A stretch of 64,000 nucleotides of DNA from Defluviitaleaceae bacterium (GTDB taxonomy: Bacteria; Bacillota; Clostridia; Lachnospirales; WRAX01): positions 5,760 through 69,759 of the forward strand of contig WRBJ01000006.1 in assembly GCA_009784615.1 (NCBI GenBank), written 5' to 3'. Below, one piece after another: positions 29,672 to 40,129 of the stretch (positions are counted from its first letter, which is position 1; every line of letters starts with the position of its first letter). Both the position numbers and the translations under genes were made by a program. The notes under the pieces are model-generated. The model saw only the letters and a list, made by a program, of their open reading frames with translations. It had not been told where the DNA came from and searched no databases.

Positions 29672-30691
29672 ATGGAAAATATTGCTAGAAAGATACAGGG
29701 CGGCGGCTGAGGTAGCAAAATTTCGGCTAGTTTGCTGAGCGGGATAATATCTAAGATACCTAGTATTAGTAATGAAAATTTGATGGTTGGTTTTGATACG
29801 GCGGATGATGGGGCGGTGTATCGCCTTCGTGATGATTTGGCGGTTATTGCTACGCTGGATTTTTTTCCGCCTTTGTGTGATGACCCCTTTATTTTTGGGC
29901 AGATTGCGGCTTGCAATGCACTTTCGGATGTGGCGGCTATGGGTGGTGTGCCTACGCTTGCGCTTAATATACTTGCTTTTCCTAATGATGGCGACCCTAC
30001 ATATTTGGAAGCGATGTTGGCTGGTGGTGCGGATATTGTTGCCAAGGCGGGGGCGGTATTGTGCGGCGGACATTCTATTGCGGATGATACTGTAAAATAT
30101 GGGCTTTCTGTAATGGGAACTGTTCATCCTGATAAAGTGTTGTATAATAATCGCTGTAAGATTGGCGATGTTATTGTGTTGACAAAGCCGCTTGGTGTTG
30201 GTTTGGTTGCGGCGCAATTTGCTGTGGGAAATGCGGCAAAAGCGGGTTTTGACGAGGCGGTGCGACATATGACCGCACTTAACACAATTACGATGGATAT
30301 TGCGAAAAAATATAGGATAAATGCCGCTACGGACGTAACGGGTTTTGGGTTTTTGGGGCATTTAAACGAGATGGTTTGTGGCAATAGCATTGTGGTGCAA
30401 TCGGATGATTTGCCCATTATTGACGAGGCTTTGGAGCTTGCGCAAAAAGGGTATAAAACGGGCGGCGGCAAGAAAAATAGGGTGTCGTTGGGTGATAAGG
30501 TTGATTTTGGCGATGCCGACGTGGCTTTGCAGGAGATTATGCTTGACCCGCAGACTTCTGGCGGATTGTTGTTATCTATGCCGAGAGATGACGCAGAGCG
30601 GCTTGTGGATGATTTGATGGAGAATGGCATTATTGCGGCGATTGTTGCCGAGGTTGGCTCTTGTCGTGAGAAAAATATTTATGTGCAATAA
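29672..30691 (+). CDS. selD: Selenide,water dikinase, selenocysteine-containing (UGA at codon 13)
   Basis: RBS ggagg, ATG 29672: MENIARKIQGGG-U(TGA 29708-10)-GSKI, in frame with DDGAVY, TLDFF, NALSD..AMGG, GGHS, LTKPLG, TDVTGFG, DPQTSGGLL. Confidence 0.95.
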
Positions 30692-30780
30692 AATAATAAG
30701 TTTTTTAAAAAAAGGCTTGACAAATGAAGTTGTGCGGTGTATAGTGTGTAAAGTAAAAATATTTTACAGGAGGTTGCGGT

Positions 30781-31089
30781 ATGGATAAACATTTGCGCAA
30801 CACCCTTTTGTATGATTTTTATGGAGAATTGTTGACACAAAAACAGCGGGAAATTTATCATATGTATTTTTGTGATGATATGTCTTTGGCTGAGATTGGG
30901 GAAAAATGCGGTATTACACGGCAAGCCGTTAATTTTTCTATAAAACAGGCGCAAAAATCTCTTGATGATTTGGATGGGGTTTTAGAGCTTGTTGCAAAAA
31001 ATAGTCGGATGAATGATTGTTTGGTTGCATTGCAAAGCGGAGATTATGATAGTGCAGAGCTGATTTTAAAGGATTTGATGGAGGTGTAG
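30781..31089 (+). CDS. ylxM: YlxM family DNA-binding protein
   Basis: LLYDFYGELLT.KQ, DMSLAEI, ITRQAV; upstream of ffh. Confidence 0.93.
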   Translation: MDKHLRNTLLYDFYGELLTQKQREIYHMYFCDDMSLAEIGEKCGITRQAVNFSIKQAQKSLDDLDGVLELVAKNSRMNDCLVALQSGDYDSAELILKDLMEV

Positions 31090-31091
31090 CT

Positions 31092-32432
31092 ATGGCATTT
31101 GAAAGTTTGGGGCAAAAATTGCAAAACACCTTTAAAAATTTGCGTGGCAAGGGAGTTTTAAACGAAAAAGATGTTAAAGAAGCTATGCGTGAGGTGCGCT
31201 TGGCTTTGCTTGAAGCTGACGTAAACTTTAAAATTGTAAAGGAATTTGTAGCAAGTGTTACCGAAAAAGCTGTTGGCGATACGGTTTTAAAGGGGCTTAA
31301 TCCTGGTCAGGCTGTTATTAAGATTGTTAATGAAGAATTGATAGAGTTGATGGGGTCTACGCAAAGCAAGTTGACTTTTGCGGGACAACCGCCCACTGTG
31401 TATATGATGGTGGGCTTGCAGGGGTCGGGTAAGACGACCAGCACGGCAAAGATTGCGGCGCAATTGCGAAAACAGGGTAAAAAGCCGCTTTTGGTAGCTT
31501 GCGATATTTATCGTCCGGCGGCTATTAAGCAATTGCAGACGCTTGGCAATAATTTAAATATACCCGTGTTTGAAAAGGGCGGGCAAAACCCCGTGCAAAC
31601 TGCGCAGGAAGCTCTTGCGCACGCACAGCATATGGGCAACGATATTGTTATTGTGGATACAGCTGGGCGACTTCATATTGATGAAGAATTGATGGACGAG
31701 TTGTCGAATATTAAAGATACTATACGTCCACAGGAAGTTTTGCTTGTTGTTGATGCTATGACGGGGCAGGATGCTGTTAATGTGGCGGAGAGCTTTAGTG
31801 AAAAGATTGGTATAGACGGCGTTATTATTACTAAACTTGATGGTGATACACGCGGCGGTGCGGCATTGTCTGTGCGAAAGATTACGGGTAAGCCCATAAA
31901 ATATGTTGGTATGGGTGAAAAAGTTGATGATTTGGAAGCCTTTCATCCTGACCGTATGGCTAGCCGTATTTTGGGGATGGGCGATGTGTTGTCGCTTATT
32001 GATAAGGCACAGGAAGCATTTAATGAGCAGGAAGCCATTGATTTAGAGCGAAAAATTCGCAAAAATGAATTTGATTTGAATGATTTTTTAACACAAATGC
32101 AACAGGTTAAAAAGATGGGTCCGATAAAAAATATCTTGGGAATGTTGCCCGGAGCGGGCAATATGAAGATTAACGAGGATGACATTAACGAAAAAGCTAT
32201 GTCGCATGTAGAGGCTATTGTGCAGTCTATGACACCTAAAGAGCGCAGTAATCCTGCTATTTTAACTGGTTCACGCCGCAAGCGCATTGCTAATGGTAGT
32301 GGTCGAAGCATACAAGAAGTTAATAGAGTTTTAAAACAATTTGATGAAATGAAGAAAATGATGAAACAATTTAGTGATATGGGTAAATCTGGCAAGAAGC
32401 GAGGCAAAATGCCTTTTAACTTTCCATTTTAA
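31092..32432 (+). CDS. ffh: Signal recognition particle protein
   Basis: ALLEADV, GLQGSGKTT, DTAGR, TKLDGD.RGGAA, M domain. Confidence 0.98.
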   Translation: MAFESLGQKLQNTFKNLRGKGVLNEKDVKEAMREVRLALLEADVNFKIVKEFVASVTEKAVGDTVLKGLNPGQAVIKIVNEELIELMGSTQSKLTFAGQPPTVYMMVGLQGSGKTTSTAKIAAQLRKQGKKPLLVACDIYRPAAIKQLQTLGNNLNIPVFEKGGQNPVQTAQEALAHAQHMGNDIVIVDTAGRLHIDEELMDELSNIKDTIRPQEVLLVVDAMTGQDAVNVAESFSEKIGIDGVIITKLDGDTRGGAALSVRKITGKPIKYVGMGEKVDDLEAFHPDRMASRILGMGDVLSLIDKAQEAFNEQEAIDLERKIRKNEFDLNDFLTQMQQVKKMGPIKNILGMLPGAGNMKINEDDINEKAMSHVEAIVQSMTPKERSNPAILTGSRRKRIANGSGRSIQEVNRVLKQFDEMKKMMKQFSDMGKSGKKRGKMPFNFPF

Positions 32433-32466
32433 CAATAAATAATACACATAAGTGGAGGAAACAAAA

Positions 32467-32706
32467 ATGGTAAAGATTCGTTTAAAAAGAATGGGTGCAA
32501 AAAAACGTCCTTTCTATCGTGTTGTTGTGGCTGATGCTCGTACTGCCCGTGATGGTAAAACTATCGCAGACATTGGTGTTTATGACCCAACAAAAGACCC
32601 GATTGTATTTAATGTTGATGCTGAAGTAGCTAAACAATGGATTCAAAACGGCGCACAACCTACTGACACTGTACGTAGACTATTTAAAAATAACGGAGTG
32701 TTGTAA
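32467..32706 (+). CDS. rpsP: 30S ribosomal protein S16
   Basis: [23 protein letters not shown]. Confidence 0.98.
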   Translation: MVKIRLKRMGAKKRPFYRVVVADARTARDGKTIADIGVYDPTKDPIVFNVDAEVAKQWIQNGAQPTDTVRRLFKNNGVL

Positions 32707-32708
32707 AA

Positions 32709-32945
32709 ATGAAAGAATTGCTTGAAATTATCGCAAAACGATTGGTTGATAAACCTGACGATGTGAGCGTTACTGAAAAAGATGGGCAAAAAGGCAAGGT
32801 GCTAGAGCTACGTGTTGCGGCTGACGATATGGGTAAAGTTATCGGCAAACAAGGACGTATTGCAAAAAGCATACGTATTGTAATGCGTGCGGCGGCTATC
32901 CACAATAATCAATACATATCTGTGGATATTATGCCGAACGAATAG
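32709..32945 (+). CDS. khpA: KH-domain RNA-binding protein KhpA
   Basis: DMGKVIGKQGRIAKSIR; between rpsP and rimM. Confidence 0.93.
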   Translation: MKELLEIIAKRLVDKPDDVSVTEKDGQKGKVLELRVAADDMGKVIGKQGRIAKSIRIVMRAAAIHNNQYISVDIMPNE

Positions 32946-32956
32946 GGCTTGTCGAT

Positions 32957-33466
32957 ATGGATTATTTTGAAATTGGAAAAATTGTTAATACTGTGGGTGT
33001 TAAAGGCGAAGTTCGTATTTATCCCACCACCGACGAAGCACGGCGATATGACCTTTTAGAGGAAATCGCCGTGGTTTTTGACGATGGCTCTAGGAAAAAT
33101 TGGAAGATTGAAAAAGTGCGCTATCATCGAAATTTGGTGGTATTAAAGCTGGCTGGTGTTGACAATGTAGACGATGCACACAAATTGCGTGGCGGTACTA
33201 TTATTATTGAGCGTGAAAATGCAGTGCCACTTGGTGAGGATGAATATTATATTCCTGACCTTATTGGGATGGATGTTGTAGCTGCTGATGGTAATGAGCT
33301 GGGCGTTTTGACGAATGTTTTACTGACGGGCGCAAACGATGTATATGTGGTAAAACAACCTACGGGTAAAGAAATTTTGATACCTGCTATTGGTAAATGT
33401 ATTTTGTGTGTGGACGTTGTAGGTAGAAAAATGACCGTTGAGCTTTTAGAGGGGTTGATGTCGTGA
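32957..33466 (+). CDS. rimM: 16S rRNA processing protein RimM
   Basis: IGKIVNT.GVKGEV, EYY..DLIG, TGANDVYV, ILIP. Confidence 0.96.
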   Translation: MDYFEIGKIVNTVGVKGEVRIYPTTDEARRYDLLEEIAVVFDDGSRKNWKIEKVRYHRNLVVLKLAGVDNVDDAHKLRGGTIIIERENAVPLGEDEYYIPDLIGMDVVAADGNELGVLTNVLLTGANDVYVVKQPTGKEILIPAIGKCILCVDVVGRKMTVELLEGLMS

Positions 33467-34125
33467 ACTTTCACATTTTAACCCTTTTTCCCGAGGCGAT
33501 AGACGGCGTTAAACATTCTATGATAAAGCGGGGGATTGATGACGGAAAAATAACTATCAACCCCGTGCATATAAGAGATTTTGCGATAAATTCTCGCCGA
33601 CAAGCGGATGATTATCCGTATGGCGGTGGAGCCGGGATGATTATGCGCCCCGAGCCAATCTATGATGCATATAAAAGCCTTAATTTGTCGCAGGCGAAAG
33701 TGGTTTTTTTAACGCCCAGCGGCAGGGTTTTTAATCAAAAAATTGCACAGGAATTTGCGCAGGAAACTGACTTAATTTTGCTTTGCGGGCATTACGAAGG
33801 CATTGACCAACGCATTGTTGACGAAATTGTTACGGATGAGATAAGTATTGGAGATTTTGTGCTAACTGGCGGAGAGCTTGCGGCGATGGTTGTGATTGAT
33901 GCTGTTGGGCGGCTTGTACCTGATGTGATAAAACCAGAATCCTTAGCCCACGAGAGTTTCTCTGATGGGCTTTTAGAGTATCCTCAATATACACGTCCTT
34001 ATGATTTTATGGGGCATAAAGTCCCTGAAATTCTATTAAGCGGACATCACGGCGAGATTGCAAAATGGCGTAGCGAAAAGGCTTTGGAAGCCACACGCCG
34101 TAAAAGACCCGATTTGCTTATGTAG
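33463..34125 (+). CDS. trmD: tRNA (guanine37-N1)-methyltransferase
   Basis: DDYPYGGGAGM, CGHYEGID, SIGDFVLTGGE, LEYPQYTRP. Confidence 0.97.
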   Translation: MNFHILTLFPEAIDGVKHSMIKRGIDDGKITINPVHIRDFAINSRRQADDYPYGGGAGMIMRPEPIYDAYKSLNLSQAKVVFLTPSGRVFNQKIAQEFAQETDLILLCGHYEGIDQRIVDEIVTDEISIGDFVLTGGELAAMVVIDAVGRLVPDVIKPESLAHESFSDGLLEYPQYTRPYDFMGHKVPEILLSGHHGEIAKWRSEKALEATRRKRPDLLM

Positions 34126-34175
34126 ACAGGGATTTTGCTTGGTTGCCTATGATGTATTGGGTGGGGTGAAATGGA

Positions 34176-35465
34176 ATGAAAAAGACGGTGGCGACTACTA
34201 CTATTGGTTGCAAGGTTAATTTGTATGATACGCAGGCTCTTTTGGAGGGCTTTATTTTGGCGGGTTACGATGTTGTTGATTTTGGTGATTTTGCGGATGT
34301 TTATGTGATAAATACCTGTTCGGTTACAAATTTGGCAGATAAAAAGAGCCGTCAGATGGTTGGGCGGGCAAGACAGCGCAATCCTCAAGGCATTGTTGCG
34401 GCGGTTGGGTGCTCTACGCAGGCTAATGCTGATAAATATAGAGGTTTAGGCGTGGATATTGTTTTGGGAAATGCAGGGAAAAACGAACTTGTCGCTCTTG
34501 TAAATAACTTTAATAGGGGCGGCTTATGGTCGCTGGTTTTTACACCCTCGAAAGATTTTGAAGAGGCGCAGGTTTTTAGCGACACGGACAAAACAAGGGC
34601 TTTTTTGAAGGTGCAGGATGGCTGTGATTCTTTTTGCACTTACTGCATTATTCCATATGTTCGTGGTCGGTCAAGAAGTCGGAAATATGATGATGTTATG
34701 GCACAAGCAAAAATTTTTGCTAAAGCTGGGTATAAAGAAATTGTTGTGGCAGGTATTCACGTTGCGTCTTATGGGAAAGATTTAGGAGGAGGCAGCTTGC
34801 TGTCGTTGCTTGGTGATATTGCGGCGATAGATGGCATAGAGCGGGTTAGGCTTAGTTCGGTTGAGCCTAATGTTATAACATCCGAATTTTGTGAGTTTGT
34901 TGCAAACCATCCGAAGTTTTGCGACCATTTGCATTTATCGCTACAATCGGGCAGTGACGAAATTTTAAAGCAGATGAACCGCAAATATACAGCGGGTGAT
35001 TTTCGCAAGGCTGTACAGATGATTAGGGCGGTGTCGCCGGATATTGCTATAACTACTGATATTATTGCAGGTTTTCCTGCCGAAACAGATGAACATCACG
35101 CCGAAACTATGGCGTTTTTAAAAGAAATAAAATTGGCGAACTTGCACGTTTTTCCATATTCGGCAAAAGATGGAACGCAGGCGGCGAAGATGAAGCTACA
35201 ATTGACAAAGACCGTTAAGACAAGGCGGGTTAGGGAATTGCTTGCGCTTAGTGATGGGTTAGAAGAAGCGTATTACCTGCGGTTTGTTGGGCGAGTAGTG
35301 GATGTCTTGGTAGAGGAAATGAACCAAGATGGATATTATGTTGGAAAAACTACAAATTATTTACCTGTGCATTTTATTGCGGATAGCGAAGTTTTGCAAA
35401 ATGATATTGTGGCAGTAGAGCTTGAAGAGGTACGTGATAGCAAAGTTTTTGGCAGAATGAAATAA
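34176..35465 (+). CDS. mtaB: tRNA t6A37 methylthiotransferase MtaB
   Basis: GCKVN, NTCSVT, QDGCDSFCTYC radical-SAM motif, C-terminal TRAM-like region. Confidence 0.93.
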   Translation: MKKTVATTTIGCKVNLYDTQALLEGFILAGYDVVDFGDFADVYVINTCSVTNLADKKSRQMVGRARQRNPQGIVAAVGCSTQANADKYRGLGVDIVLGNAGKNELVALVNNFNRGGLWSLVFTPSKDFEEAQVFSDTDKTRAFLKVQDGCDSFCTYCIIPYVRGRSRSRKYDDVMAQAKIFAKAGYKEIVVAGIHVASYGKDLGGGSLLSLLGDIAAIDGIERVRLSSVEPNVITSEFCEFVANHPKFCDHLHLSLQSGSDEILKQMNRKYTAGDFRKAVQMIRAVSPDIAITTDIIAGFPAETDEHHAETMAFLKEIKLANLHVFPYSAKDGTQAAKMKLQLTKTVKTRRVRELLALSDGLEEAYYLRFVGRVVDVLVEEMNQDGYYVGKTTNYLPVHFIADSEVLQNDIVAVELEEVRDSKVFGRMK

Positions 35466-35537
35466 TGTTTGCAATTTATTTGGAAATGTGTTACAATAAG
35501 ACATAGTATGAGTGAAATGATAAATTTTGGAGGTTTT

Positions 35538-35804
35538 ATGCGCCCAAGAAGCAATTCGGAAACCCAAAAAATCAGTTTTACAAGCCGTGAAGCGAAAAAT
35601 CGTACACGTGATATTTTGGTGGATGTACGGCAAGCCCTTGAAGATAAAGGTTATGACCCCTATGTGCAAATTGTGGGTTATATTTTGTCGGGTGACCCAA
35701 CATATATTACAGCGCACAACAACGCCCGTGCGGCTATTGGGCGGTTAGAGCGTGACGAGCTTTTAGAGGAGCTTTTGATGCATTTTATGGAAGGCAAGCG
35801 TTAA
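35538..35804 (+). CDS. IreB/ReoM (UPF0297) regulatory phosphoprotein
   Basis: ALEDKGYDP..QIVGYILSGDPTYIT, ERDELLEEL; start ATG 35538. Confidence 0.92.
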   Translation: MRPRSNSETQKISFTSREAKNRTRDILVDVRQALEDKGYDPYVQIVGYILSGDPTYITAHNNARAAIGRLERDELLEELLMHFMEGKR

Positions 35805-36229
35805 TGCGGGTTTTGGGGCTTGATTATGGTGATAGACGTATTGGGGTTGCCGTGTCGGACGGGCTTGGCTGGACGGCAACGGCTTTAAAGACTATAGAGC
35901 GTAAAAACCCTAACGATTTGAAGGATAGTATTGAGGAGATTGGTAGGATTGTATCCGAATATTCCATACAATATGTTGTTTTGGGTTACCCTAAAAATAT
36001 GGATGGTACAGAAGGCGAAAACTGTCGTAAAGTAGCGACATTTAAGGATAAACTGCAAAAAGCGTACCCTAATTTACAAATTGAGTTTTTTGATGAAAGG
36101 CTGACAACAGCAAGGGCGCATCAGATTTTTAATGAGGTGGGCATAAAAGTGAAAAATAAGGGCAAAGGAAGCATTGACAAGTTGGCTGCGCAGATTATTT
36201 TGCAGGGATATTTGGATATGCGGCGATAA
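35804..36229 (+). CDS. ruvX: YqgF/RuvX family nuclease
   Basis: LGLDYGDRRIGVAVSD, DERLTT, IDKLAAQIILQGYLD. Confidence 0.95.
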   Translation: MRVLGLDYGDRRIGVAVSDGLGWTATALKTIERKNPNDLKDSIEEIGRIVSEYSIQYVVLGYPKNMDGTEGENCRKVATFKDKLQKAYPNLQIEFFDERLTTARAHQIFNEVGIKVKNKGKGSIDKLAAQIILQGYLDMRR

Positions 36230-36286
36230 TACCCTAAAATACAATATTGCGGTTGAATACGCAATAACAAAAAGGAGAAAGAAAAG

Positions 36287-36601
36287 ATGAATGAGAATTT
36301 GAATGATGATTTAGACTTGATGGATGATGAAATTGAGATTGAATCTATTGTAATGACAGACGAAGATGGTAATGATGTCGAATATATGATTATTGATGAG
36401 TTTGAGCAGAACGGAACCAATTATTTAGTTATGATTCGTATGGAAGATATTGATAGCGACGAGGTTGAGGCGGTTATTTTTAAAGAAGTAGAAGCGACGA
36501 ATGATGAATTTGTTTACGAAGAGATTAGCGAGGAAGAATATAACGCCCTTGAAGAGATTTTGAAGCAACGCTTGGACGAATTTGACATTGAGGCGAAATA
36601 A
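36287..36601 (+). CDS. DUF1292 family acidic protein
   Basis: Highly acidic, TDEDGNDVEY; conserved position after ruvX. Confidence 0.82.
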   Translation: MNENLNDDLDLMDDEIEIESIVMTDEDGNDVEYMIIDEFEQNGTNYLVMIRMEDIDSDEVEAVIFKEVEATNDEFVYEEISEEEYNALEEILKQRLDEFDIEAK

Positions 36602-36689
36602 ACGAAAAAATGGAAAGAGGCAACCTATGTGTTGGTGCGAGGATGGTTCGTGCCTTTGTTTGCGTGCTTTTGACGAAAGGAGAATATTT

Positions 36690-38366
36690 TTGGCAACAAA
36701 GAAAAATAAATTAAAAGTTATTGCTTTGGGCGGACTTAATGAGATAGGAAAAAATATTACATTATTTGAATATGGAAATGAAATTTTGGTGGTGGACAGT
36801 GGTATTGCCTTCCCCGCTGATGATATGCTGGGGATTGATTTGGTTATCCCTGATTTTACGTATTTGATAAACAACAAAGACCGTGTAAAGGGCGTTGTGC
36901 TAACGCACGGACACGAAGACCATATTGGCAGTTTGCCATATTTATTGCGGGATATAAATTGCCCGATATATGCAACAAGGCTTACAATAGGGCTTGTGGA
37001 AATTAAGTTTAAGGAACATAAGCTACTGGATAAGGTTAAGACAAATTGCGTGAAACCTGGTGAAACTGTTAGAATAGGTAATTTTAGCGTAGAATTTATT
37101 GCGGTTACACATAGCATTGCCGATTCTGTTGCGGTGGCTATTACTGCGCCAAATGGTATGCAAGTGATACACACGGGCGATTTTAAAATTGACCACACGC
37201 CTGTTAGCGGGCAACATATGGATTTGCAGCGTTTTGCACAGCTTGGCAAGCAAGGTGTAGACCTTTTGCTGATGGATTCTACCAATGTTGAAGCGCCGGG
37301 TTATACAATGAGCGAGCGTTATGTTGGCGTGTTTTTTGAACGTATTTTTGAAAAATACCAAGAAAACCGTATAATGGTTGCGACTTTTTCATCCAATATT
37401 CACCGCATACAGCAAGTGGTTAATTGTGCTGTAAAACATCATCGTAAGGTGGCGGTTGTTGGGCGGTCTATGGTTAATACTGTTAAAATTGCGCAGGAAT
37501 TAGGGTATCTTATTATTCCACCACGTGTTTTGATAGAGCCTCATCAAATAAACAATTACGAAGACAGACATATTACGATTGTTACAACAGGCAGCCAAGG
37601 CGAGCCTATGAGTGCGCTGTCCCGTATGGCGGGCGGCGAACATCGTCAAGTTGGTATTCGCCCAGGTGATGCCGTTGTTATCTCTGCGTCATCTATACCC
37701 GGTAATGAGAGGTCTGTATCAAAAGTTATTGACGAATTGTTTAAAAAAGGTGCGCATGTAATGTACGACGGACAGGAGGATGTACACGTTTCGGGACACG
37801 CCAAGCGTGAAGAATTAAAGATTATGCACGCATTGATAAAACCCAAGCATTTTATGCCTGTACACGGCGAATATCGCCATCTAAAGATGGCAAAAGAGCT
37901 TGCTATTGAAATGGGTGTGCAAAAAGAAAATTGCTTTGTTATGCAGATTGGTGAAGTTTTAGAACTAAGTGAGCAGGGTACAAAGGTTACAACGACTGTA
38001 CCAAGCGGGCAGGTTTTTGTTGATGGTAGCGGCGTTGGTGATGTTGGCAGTATTGTTATTAGGGACAGGCGTATTTTGTCGCAAGACGGACTTATTATGG
38101 TGGTTATCACATATTGCGGTGAAACACGTCAATTGCTTGCGGGCCCCGACATTATTTCACGTGGATTTGTGTATGTGCGTGAAAGCGAAAGCCTAATTTG
38201 CGACCTTAAAGATATTGCGAAACAGGCATTTGAAAAATGGCAGGACAGCAATAAAGCCAATGAATGGGCGAATATGAAAAACGATATAAAAGACGAGTTG
38301 CGCCAATATGTTTGGCAAAAAACAAAGCGTAGCCCGATGATATTACCTGTTATTGTATCTGTTTAG
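36690..38366 (+). CDS. rnj: Ribonuclease J
   Basis: LGGLNEIGKN, THGHEDHIG, TGDFKID, HVSGH; start TTG 36690 after aaaggag. Confidence 0.96.
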   Translation: MATKKNKLKVIALGGLNEIGKNITLFEYGNEILVVDSGIAFPADDMLGIDLVIPDFTYLINNKDRVKGVVLTHGHEDHIGSLPYLLRDINCPIYATRLTIGLVEIKFKEHKLLDKVKTNCVKPGETVRIGNFSVEFIAVTHSIADSVAVAITAPNGMQVIHTGDFKIDHTPVSGQHMDLQRFAQLGKQGVDLLLMDSTNVEAPGYTMSERYVGVFFERIFEKYQENRIMVATFSSNIHRIQQVVNCAVKHHRKVAVVGRSMVNTVKIAQELGYLIIPPRVLIEPHQINNYEDRHITIVTTGSQGEPMSALSRMAGGEHRQVGIRPGDAVVISASSIPGNERSVSKVIDELFKKGAHVMYDGQEDVHVSGHAKREELKIMHALIKPKHFMPVHGEYRHLKMAKELAIEMGVQKENCFVMQIGEVLELSEQGTKVTTTVPSGQVFVDGSGVGDVGSIVIRDRRILSQDGLIMVVITYCGETRQLLAGPDIISRGFVYVRESESLICDLKDIAKQAFEKWQDSNKANEWANMKNDIKDELRQYVWQKTKRSPMILPVIVSV

Positions 38367-38378
38367 CGAGGTGGGCGT

Positions 38379-39458
38379 ATGTGGCGCAAAGTTATTAACG
38401 TAAGCAATTATTTGGCTGGTGGGCTGTTTAACATCGGTCTTGTTGTTGCAATTATTGTGATTGCTTATTTTATTATAAATAGAGCGTTTGATTTTGGATT
38501 TGGTTTGCTTGCTGATGACGGTATGTCGCGGCCTTCGCAAGAGGTTATTGTAGAAATTCCAGAAGATGCTTCAGCTATGGACACTGCACGGATTTTGCGT
38601 GAAAATAACCTAATTGCAAATGAATTTATATTTTATTTGTCGGCGTTTATGAACGGCTCTACAAGGCATTTTATGAACGGGACTTTTACATTAAATATGA
38701 ATATGAGCCAAGAATATCTGATGGAAGCCCTGCAAAGCACAAGATATTTACGGCAGGAAGAAGGACGCATTGTTATTATCGAAGGGCGAACAAATTGGCA
38801 AGTAGCTAATTTGGCGGCGACTTTGGGGTATTTTACTGCGGCAGAATTTACTTACGAGCTTGAAAATGGATTTTTTGCGCATAGTTTTTTAGAAGATATT
38901 GCAGAACGCCCGCAAAGGTTAGAGGGATTTTTGTTTCCAGACACCTATCATTTACCGCCTAATCCTGTGCCAAGAGATTTGATTGTGCGTATGCTTGACA
39001 GATTTGACCAAATTTTCAACGAGGCGATGTGGGCAAGGTTTGCAGAGCTTGAATTTGAGCTGGGTTGGCGACCTACGCTAGAGCAAGTTGTAACGGTTGC
39101 GTCTTTGATAGAAGTTGAAGCGGTTAATGCAAGCGACAGACCTATTGTGGCAAGCGTTATTTATAATCGTTTGGCGGCGGGTATGCCTTTAGAGCTTGTT
39201 TCGACGGTTGTTTATGCAACAAATACGGCACCTGACCAGCTTACGGCGGCACAGTTTAATGTAAATTCGCCTTATAACACATTTAATCGCACAGGTTTGC
39301 CCATTGGACCTATTAATAACCCAGGTTTGTTATCTTTAGAGGCGGCGTTAAGCCCTGCCTTATCGGATTATTTGTATATGATGCCGCTTGATGAAGGAAT
39401 GTTTTTTGCAAATAGTCAAGAGGAGTATTTGGCAATGAGAGCGGGGCAGATGGAATAA
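38379..39458 (+). CDS. mltG: Endolytic transglycosylase MltG (YceG family)
   Basis: LEGFLFPDTY, ASLIEVE, SPYNT...GLP.GPI.NPG. Confidence 0.9.
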   Translation: MWRKVINVSNYLAGGLFNIGLVVAIIVIAYFIINRAFDFGFGLLADDGMSRPSQEVIVEIPEDASAMDTARILRENNLIANEFIFYLSAFMNGSTRHFMNGTFTLNMNMSQEYLMEALQSTRYLRQEEGRIVIIEGRTNWQVANLAATLGYFTAAEFTYELENGFFAHSFLEDIAERPQRLEGFLFPDTYHLPPNPVPRDLIVRMLDRFDQIFNEAMWARFAELEFELGWRPTLEQVVTVASLIEVEAVNASDRPIVASVIYNRLAAGMPLELVSTVVYATNTAPDQLTAAQFNVNSPYNTFNRTGLPIGPINNPGLLSLEAALSPALSDYLYMMPLDEGMFFANSQEEYLAMRAGQME

Positions 39459-40129
39459 TGCTTGTAAAACCGCACGTTTTTGAATTTTTGGACGGATATG
39501 CAAAATTTGCGCAGGGTGATGCTCTGCGCAATTTGCAAATAAAGGCGTATAAGGATGTTTTGCCGATAATTTCACGTGAAGTTTCGGGATTTTTGACATT
39601 GCTATTAAAAATGAACAAGCCGTCAAGGATTTTAGAGATAGGCTGTGCCGTTGGTTTCTCGGCGGCATTGTTTAACGAAGTGTTGCCCGATGCTCAAATT
39701 ACGACGATAGAGCGTTTTGACCCAATGATAATGAAGGCAAAAGAGAATTTTAAAATACTTGGTATTGCTGATAAAATCAGACTTTTAGAAGGTGATGCTA
39801 TTGATATTATGCCCAAACTTGCACAAGATGGAGAAAAGTTTGATTTTGTGTTTATGGATTGTGCGAAGGGGCAGTATATACGCTTTTTACCGTATATTTT
39901 ACGGCTTTTAGAAGTTGGCGGTGTGATGTGTGTTGATGATTGCTTGCAAAAAGGCACTTTGCATAGAAAATTGGAAGATGTGCCACGTAGGCAACGCACG
40001 ACACATCGTAATTTAAAGGAATTTTTGGATGTTGTGATGGCGGACAAGTGTCTAAATTCGATGATTTTGCCAATTGGTGATGGGTTATTGGTTAGTTTAA
40101 AGGAGAGAGAAGATGAAGCGGACAGATAA
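39458..40129 (+). CDS. O-methyltransferase (YrrM/TrmR-like)
   Basis: ILEIGCAVGFSA, FDFVFMD.AKGQY, PIGDG; upstream of a U32 gene. Confidence 0.88.
   Translation: MLVKPHVFEFLDGYAKFAQGDALRNLQIKAYKDVLPIISREVSGFLTLLLKMNKPSRILEIGCAVGFSAALFNEVLPDAQITTIERFDPMIMKAKENFKILGIADKIRLLEGDAIDIMPKLAQDGEKFDFVFMDCAKGQYIRFLPYILRLLEVGGVMCVDDCLQKGTLHRKLEDVPRRQRTTHRNLKEFLDVVMADKCLNSMILPIGDGLLVSLKEREDEADR

Noticed and set aside
29585-30630. Long minus-strand ORFs opposite selD (likewise 36425-37285 opposite rnj)
   Set aside because: Antisense to well-supported conserved genes; no recognisable motifs
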